From: Camelus dromedarius
Taxonomy: Eukaryota
Length of the DNA: 64,000 nt
Direction: 5' to 3'
Assembly (NCBI RefSeq): GCF_036321535.1
Contig: NC_087436.1
Coordinates: 28,336,001 to 28,400,000, forward strand
Below, piece after piece: positions 56,560 through 64,000 of this stretch. The stretch's first letter is position 1. Each line of letters starts with the position of its first letter. The translations under genes and the position numbers were made by a program. The notes beneath the pieces are model-generated. The model had not been told where the DNA came from and did not search any database. It saw nothing but the letters and a program-made list of their open reading frames with translations.

Positions 56560-57560
56560 TTACAGTTTGTCAACATTAGAAACCTTTAAAATCAGTTCAC
56601 AGGAAAAAATAATTCCCTTTTCCAATGACATCGCTTGTACAACAGATGGAACACTGACTCAGGTTAGTGGGTAAAACAGGTTTACAGCCAACTTAAAAGG
56701 GAAACACCAGGTGTTTTAGCAATTTATTGCATTATTCATCAACAGCACTTAGTTGCCAAGAACTTTGAAAAAGACTTCAAGAATCAATGAAGTTACTGAG
56801 CTATTAATGCATAATGTAAAATAATGATCAATGTAAAATATATAGTAATTTCTGGAATGGTAGATTTTTTGGTAACATTTTATCCTTCACATTGAACTAC
56901 AATGACCCTTCGAAGAAACTTTTAAAAATATTTTTCACTGTTTCATTGTAGATTTTTATTCAGTGAAAAATTAAACATTAAAATTAAAATATAGCAAATG
57001 GTATGATAAATTTGTCAGATATATTTGCAAAGTTAAAAGAGGTCTGTCTTAGGCTACATGGAAATGAGGTGTATCTCACTAATATGTAGGGAATGATCAG
57101 GGAATTACCAAAAACTATACATTATATAAAAATAGCCTTACTCATGAGAATTTTTTGAAGTTTCCCATATTGGTTGAAATTTAATGGGAATGAATTTAAA
57201 CAAAATGATTTGGAAACATATTGCTGTCATTTGTTATCAAAAATTAATTATGATTTTAAATCAGCATGAAATTTCAAAATTGAATTTATCTGAAGTGAGT
57301 GTGGAACGTGTTAACGAGGAGTTTGGAGGAAGAAAAGTTGATCTAGAAGATGACTTTGAGGCATAAGAAAGATATTATAATAAGTTGAGTTGTAAAATCT
57401 TTTGGGTCCATTTAAGACTTTCATGGTCATTTCTTTGGAAAGAATTACACCTACATATAGATTACATATACATTTGCAGCTACGTATTTGTTTGAAAGTA
57501 ATTTTATGTTGATGGTGTACCTACTGCAACAAAAGAAATTGCAAATATATAACACTAGAT
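56560..57560 (+). mobile_element. Decayed hAT (Charlie/Buster-type) transposase coding remnant
   Basis: Manual translation across frames, in the expected order: IACTTDG (56630), PGVLAIYCIIHQQHLVAKN (56707), ILHIELQ* (56882), LSDIFAKLKEVCLRLHGN (57012), FAATYLFESNF (57473). Confidence 0.8.
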
Positions 57561-57875
57561 TTGAAATGACTGTTAACAGAATTATTTTTTAAGAAAATTT
57601 GAATAATATTAAATTCACAGTGAAAAGTTGTGATAATATTGAATTTCATTAATGGAATTTGTTTTAAAATATTTAATACCACTTCCATCGTATATATTTT
57701 CGTTTTTGTCCAAAAATGATAAATCCATGTTATGTATATTGCACATAGAAATTACGTATTATTTTTCATTTTTCTTGTTTTCTAAATGTAATCTGATACT
57801 GATACCAGATGTGTGCCTCCCAAGTTTCCTATAGCTTTTTGTTTTATTATTTTTAATTAAAAATTTTTTTGCTCA

Positions 57876-57950
57876 CCTCTCCTGCCTTCCCTCTTTTTCT
57901 TCCTTCCTCCTTTCCTTCCTTCCTCCTTTCCTTCCTTTCTTCCTTTCTGT
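57876..57950 (+). repeat. (TTCC)n-like polypyrimidine tract
   Basis: Direct inspection. Confidence 0.8.
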
Positions 57951-60239
57951 ACTTCTTATACTGAAGAACTCTAGAGCCTTAAATTATTATATGTAAATGA
58001 AGCATTGAACCACTGCATTTTTTTCTTCTAATGTAGGCTTGCTCAAATTTTCATTTTGAAATACATTTTTAATAAATAAATTGCTTTTCTTGCTGTTATC
58101 ATTACATTATAATTTGATTTATAAAATATATTCTAAAATTAAGTGTTAGTAATATTTTCCATCCATTTAGTTTCAGACTATTAAGTGGAAATTATAAAAT
58201 TTTTTTATAAACATGTTTAGGCTTAATAAAGTTAAGTTATTGACTTATATCATCTATATATGTGTTAAAAATACAAGTCTGTTTTTTATGTCTCAAATCT
58301 AACAGGGAATGCAAAATAATAGAATTTTATTTCCTTCCATGTAGAGTTTTGGGCCAATATAGCAGCTTACTAGGTGTGGCATCTAACTGCCCTCTATAAT
58401 GTTCTGCTGCCCTTTTCAATATGGCTTCCAATGCACTGTTATTCTAGGTCTCATCATCCCATCTCCTCACTGGCTGGGGAGGAGAGGAGAAAGGAAAGAG
58501 GACAAAAGGACAATGTCTATCTTTTTCTAAAGGATCAGCAGATTTCTTTATATGGGCACACATATTTTAGGTTTAAATTATTTTTATTAGTAAAAAAGAG
58601 GAATATAATTATTTGTGGGCAGTATAGTTATCGGGGGACACTTCGCCAACACTGTAACATCCAAAAAAGATAGAGCAACTTGCAGGTAAGTTTGTGTCTT
58701 ATTCTTTCAAAAGGATCACCTAGCACAATACTTATGCATACATAAGAAGTAAACAGTTATGTAAAAAAATGGGTGAAAAAATGATTTAAAGAAAAGTTTA
58801 CTTAGAGCTTAATGAGAGGTTAACGAGATAAAGATTTGATGATAAAAACTTTATTTTCTTAATATGGAGTAATTCCATTCTTTTTATTTATCAACATTGG
58901 TTGGTTTTAAATACCACAAATGTGCTCAATTCAAGGACCATCTGCGGGGTTGTTAAACTTCTATGTTTTTAACATCGTGAGTCCAATTGCATTCAAATGA
59001 AGACAGCTGTATTTTTATGAACCATCATTTTCTTTTCCTTTGACTTTTTAGTTATCATCTGCTCTTTTAACCATTAAATGAACTGATTAAAAATAAATTA
59101 CACAGAAAGTTTTCTAGTTCTTTTTTACTTATTCCTGCCTTTTATGAAAGTATCTATTTGAGGTGGTTAAAAAGAAGAAAAAGAAATCTCCTATTTAAAT
59201 TAAAAATGCAGTGTGTTTGCCAAAGCAATGTAAAGTAAATGTTGATTGTGCAACCTGTGTTTTTCCAGAATATCTAAGTTTGGTTGTTAAAAAAATATAG
59301 TCATAATTGGCATAACAAAAAGAATTTGGTGCAGTTCATCTTAACCCACACTATTGCATTAACTCTTGCCTTCCACAAATTCATTGCCCTGATGCAGGAA
59401 TCTCTCAGTGTACGTTTATAAATGTGATCTTTTAAAGATTGTCACATGGAACCTGAGTGTTCAAGTATTACATCTTTTCTCACAATTAAGAGGCAACTGT
59501 TGCCCTTTTTTGGCTCTGGCTACAGCAATATTGCCTCCTACTATGTCTAACAAGTGGTAAGACTGGATTCTGTGCTCTATCCTTGAAACAAGATGACACA
59601 GCTTGACTATCCATCCTGCTATCTCTGCGTGTTTCCGGATATTCACCCCAGAAGTTTGGGTTTCTGTACAGCATTCCTGCCATACAGAAATGGATGTGTT
59701 TCTATTTATCTTACTCAAGAAGTTCTTTACATAGGAATCAGAAAAGTGATTGAGGCAATGTGGTTGCCAATGTCTTACAGATAATTCAGTGAAAATTTTA
59801 TCTTTTTTTTCTTTTCTCGTTTATCATATTCTTTTCCTAGATCTTTTTTCATATGATCTTTCCCAAAATGAAGGGCAGGCAGAAACTCGACAATACAAAA
59901 ATATACATTTTTAAAATTATTTTTCCTATCTAATGCTATTTTTCTCAAGAAATGCTAATTTGCCTTGAATCTCATCTTTCTGAGAATGAGCACTCTCAAA
60001 GAAGACTTCTAGATCCCTTGTCTAAGCATATCCTTGGCAATCAATTCCAGTGGCTCACCAAACGTGACAAGATATGTCTGAGTCATGGCTGAATCCCTCT
60101 TCGTTTATCTAGCTGAGACACTGGCCTTATAAATAATCAGCATGTCATCAATATATAACTATTAAAACTCTAACTTAACAACCAAGAAAGATTAAATACC
60201 CCAGATAGAGTAGCATAATTATTACAAGAGAAATATATT

Positions 60240-61345
60240 TGTTACTGAAGGTAAATTGATGTGCCCGCTGCACCATAGGACAAACAAACTGAAACGAGTT
60301 CAGAGCAGAGAAGGACTTATTTCAGGCCCCATCAAGGAAGACGGTGTGGCTTATGCCCAAGAAAACCTAGAAGTCCCTGAAGGGTTTCAGCAAAGTATAA
60401 AGGCCAGGTAAGGGGGCAGGGTTGGGGGGGTGGCGTTCTCAGAGTAAGTGATCAGTTCGTGCACAATTCTTTGGTTGACGACGAGGGAACAGGGTGGTCA
60501 ACACTCTTGTTACCAAGAGGAAGAGAATAAAAGTTACTTCGTTCTTAGTCACCCTCCAAAAATGAATTTTTAACGAGAGGCAGAAAATGTGACAGAAATA
60601 GAAAATTTTATTAGTGAAGTAAAAACTCAGTAAAATATAGTACACTCCCAAGAATTGAGAGTGGACCAATCCAAGAAGGAAAAATGGCCCCTCTCCTTTG
60701 TTTTTCTTGTTTTTTGTAAGGGGGCGTTTTTTGTGGTTGATTGATTGATTCACAGCTCAGGTTCTTTGAGTGCTCAGGCTGACTGACAGCTTAGGTTCCT
60801 TGTGCTCAGGGTGATTGACAGCCCATGTTCCTTGTGCTCAGGCACACCCATCTCTTTTACACATGTTTTTACCCATGTTGCACACAGAGAAACCTATGGG
60901 AGGGGCTCAAACTGCAATGTTAATTATACCATAATGAGCACTGGGTCAAGTTAAGCTAGGTCCTTCCCTCTACTGCACAGCTGAAGCGTTTGATGCTAGC
61001 CGGCTTCTTTGCTGGCCCTCATTTAGAGAAAGTAAAACTTTTTGGAGCCCCTTATCCTGAGTACAGGCATTCTGTTATTTTCTGCATTGCTCCCTCCCCC
61101 TTCCTCTCCCTTTGCCTGGTGCTTATTTCTATCTAAATGCCTAACACTATCAACCCCTAGGCGTTAGAAGCTCTTGATCATTAAGTAGTTCGTTTCTTCC
61201 ATTTGGCGGCGGTTTTAGGCATGTGAAAAACTTGGAAAATATACATGAGATACTATTATCTGGGTACTTCGGAGAGGAGCTACAGCAGAGGATTTAGGGG
61301 AGGGGTCTGACCCTGGAAGGCCCCACAGGATCCTGCTCAGTTACA
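60240..61345 (-). mobile_element. ERV1-class solo LTR (outer), related to the 27415 family
   Basis: TGTTACTGAA...CAGTTACA with perfect TSD tatt (60236-60239 and 61346-61349); shares 'tgatcag.tc.tgcacaatt' with ~27623. Confidence 0.85.
60508..61146 (-). mobile_element. ERV solo LTR (inner) nested in the outer LTR
   Basis: TGTTA...TAACA termini, TSD ctct/ctat; internal ~32-bp tandem repeats. Confidence 0.8.
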
Positions 61346-61504
61346 TATTGTTTTTTTTATGTGTGTTCATGTGAAGAATTTCCCCCCAAATTAGATCTTT
61401 CTGATGAAAGCGATATGGTTTCTTAATTCAAAAAAGCCTCTTATACATAGTGAATTCTTAGCAACCTCATGATTTTGTGTTTGAATTTAGGAGAACTGTA
61501 TTTT

Positions 61505-61710
61505 CAATCATGGATGTTAGAATCTGGATTCCAGTCACAGTTCTGTCATTTTCTATCTAGGTTTACTATATGAAAACTGTCAAGTTTTAAGAGTTTCTGT
61601 TTTTTCTTTATAATGTGATACCACTTGTGCCTAGATATAAGAGTTGCTGTGAGAATTAAACAAGAGAAGGTAAAGGAAAAAGTGCTTTGCACAGATAAGT
61701 ATTCAGGAAA
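61505..61710 (+). mobile_element. MIR SINE
   Basis: 'aatctggattccagtc...gttgctgtgagaattaaacaaga...aaaagtgctttgcaca'. Confidence 0.6.
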
Positions 61711-61714
61711 TTGT

Positions 61715-62095
61715 AGTACAGTTACCATTAATGGATTTTTTTTTTTCTCGGAAATAGCAGAGGAATTGCAACTCAGGACAAGCAAGCTATAGTAAAAGCC
61801 ATAGACAAGTCTAACAAGCAAAAGAGAGGAATGTTACTTTATAAAGAAAAAATAGGAAATTGGGAGGGGTTGTTTTGAACCAAAGTTCACAGGATGAAAG
61901 TGACAGCTCAGGGCGATGTAGCATTTCCCATTGGCTGGGCTTGATGGCTCCAGGAGAATTCTTCCTATTGGGGTCTGTAATTAACGTCCTCCTGTTGGGG
62001 ACTGTAACTGATGTGGAATGGCATTGCTTGAGGGCTTCCCCTTCTGATTTCCAGACTCTATTTTGAATGAGGTTTCCTTTATTTTGTTTCATACA
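61715..62095 (-). mobile_element. ERV solo LTR (same family as 10791-11121)
   Basis: Reverse complement 'tgtatgaaac...aacctcattcaaaatagagtctggaaatcagaagggg' matches the start of the 10791 copy. Confidence 0.7.
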
Positions 62096-62249
62096 TACGT
62101 ATAATAAAATATAATGAACATAAAATTCTACTGAGGAAAATATATTTAAAATATTTAATTACCTAAGTGAAACTGTAAATATTTGGGAAATTACTTTATA
62201 ATCACACCTATTAGAATTGCACCAAAAACGGTAATTACATCAGAAAATG

Positions 62250-62376
62250 AAATAGATGGTAACAGTTTATTGTAGTGATCATTTTACACTACGTAAGGGA
62301 ATTAGATCATCACATTGTACACCTGAAACGTAAGCATTTTATGTCAATAATATCTCAATAATGCTGCAGAAAAAAG
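62250..62376 (+). mobile_element. L1 extreme 3' end
   Basis: 'attgtagtgatcatttt...cattgtacacctgaaac...tgtcaataatatctcaataa'. Confidence 0.65.
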
Positions 62377-62466
62377 AAATTAGGGAACAGTTCTATGTGT
62401 TGCACACTTGTGTAATAAATTATAGACATGCTTTTTAAAAGGTTTAAAATATTGAAAAAGAAAAAA

Positions 62467-62630
62467 GACAGGCAGAGGTTTGAATGATGTGCTTTTAAGA
62501 GTGCCTGGAGCCACCAGAAAAGGAAGGATCCTCCTTTAGAGCCTCTGGAGGGAGCACAGTCCTGCTGATATCTTGATTTTGGAATTCTGGCCTCTAAGGA
62601 TGAGAATAAATAGCTATAGTTTAAGCCAAA
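62467..62630 (+). mobile_element. MaLR LTR MLT1B/C-like fragment
   Basis: 'gagccaccagaa...ggaaggatcctcctttagagcct...tgctgatatcttgattttggaattctggcctc'. Confidence 0.7.
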
Positions 62631-64000
62631 AAAAAATAACGCTAACTATTCCGTATCTAAATGGATAGAATTCTACATTTCTGAGACTCACTTGTCTCCA
62701 GAATGCAAGCATATGACTGACATTTTTACTAATTGATGCTTCCTTTATTAAGCTGGATGCAGAAATGAGTAACACCAGGTGGCAGTTACACACGTGTTTT
62801 AACAAGCATACAGGGGTTTCTGTTCTTCTAGGGCAGCAGTGTGGCACTTCTATGGGGCAACTAGTCTTGAGAGTCATAAATGTAGAGGGACAAGTGACTC
62901 AGACATTATCAAATTGTTTCCTAAATTCCATGATCAGGCTGCTTTGCGCCAAGCTGTTTAGTACCCGTGATTGACCCAGCACTCCTGAAAATGCTCTGAG
63001 TTTAAAAACCTATAAGAAATCTCTGCTTTAATGAGCTGGAATGGAATCTGTAAGAATCTTTGCAGGTATATAGACTTATTCTTCCATTTCTTGATTTACC
63101 TAATTAGGCAGTGAGTGCTTAGCACATTTATACAATCTCCTACAAATATTTCAGAAAGGTATGGTTCTTTTTTGGTTAGCCTTATAATTTTAAATTGTAG
63201 AATTTTCCTCTTAGCTCCACATTATACAGGGTATAGAATTATTAAGTTTCTTTCCATTTGACCTTTTTCTCCATAAATATCCAAACTCTAACAGGCATAT
63301 CACTATTTTTTTTTAGTTGTCAGTATTTATAAGATTATATTCTACTCTAGCCTGAATGTAGTTATACTGTCACTATTCTGTAGGAAAATTCTAAAGATTA
63401 AAATTCAAAAACTCAGATTTTAATGTTATAACTTATTATTGGTAGTTGCAGAACGAAGTATTGCAAAGGACTTAGAGAAGAAAATGTAATTTTAAGAAAC
63501 CAAATCTGTACCACTTACTTGGTAGTATTCCAAGTATATGAACAAAGGATTTCATTTTCTTTTATTGTATCACTCGCTCAAAATAAGTCCTTTTTCAATT
63601 TGACTCATATTTAAATTGCACATTTCAGTAATGTTTTCTTTTTCACACAGTCTGTATCTTCCTTTTTTCTTCGATGAAAAAAAAAAGAATTACTTTCTTA
63701 ATTATTTTCCTTGGAAAGAATGCAGAAGAAATAAATACTCTGAAACTTTTTCATGACTAAAGCATTTCTCTGCTTCATATTGTTAATATTTGGATATTTA
63801 AAATGTTTGTATTCAAAATACATTCCTCAGTAATGTCATATCATTATCTCTGTATCTTATAGTATTCAGAGTTCCTGAGGTCACTCTACTAATTCAGTTC
63901 TCATTCTTTTTAGATAATCATTCTTTCTTGCTTATTACTTTAGTGAACTTTTTTTGATACTTGGTTTTCTCAAAGCCTATTTATATATGTCTACATAGGT

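Noticed and set aside
59461..59784. Three overlapping short ORFs in unique-looking sequence
   Set aside because: No recognisable homology or consistent splice signals
60746..60842. CRISPR-like array of ~32-bp repeats
   Set aside because: Contiguous tandem units without unique spacers, inside an LTR in mammalian DNA, with no cas genes

Overview
This is AT-rich, repeat-dense mammalian genomic DNA, probably from a camelid (inferred from two tRNA-derived SINEs resembling the camelid vic-1 type). I can support one protein-coding gene: an intronless CDS at 36505-37617 (+, 370 aa) encoding four RRMs with no linker or MLLE/PABC domain, recognisable as the retrogene PABPC4L, with a CpG-island promoter at about 35540-36700. 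The rest is gene-desert sequence made of L1, L2, MIR, MaLR and ERV LTRs, hAT DNA transposons and microsatellites. I found no CRISPR array, prokaryotic gene or intact multi-gene system. The best leads are: (1) a still-readable fossil of the parental PABPC4 linker in frame after the PABPC4L stop; (2) an ARS-like A-rich tract, E2F sites and candidate 5'UTR splice sites in the CpG island; (3) a decayed hAT/Charlie transposase missed by the ORF track; (4) a 5'-truncated L1 flanked by a ~177-bp direct repeat; and (5) nested LTR insertions, one carrying tandem PBX-PREP/MEIS motifs. Repeat family names come from my recall of consensus sequences, and boundaries without a target-site duplication (TSD) are approximate.
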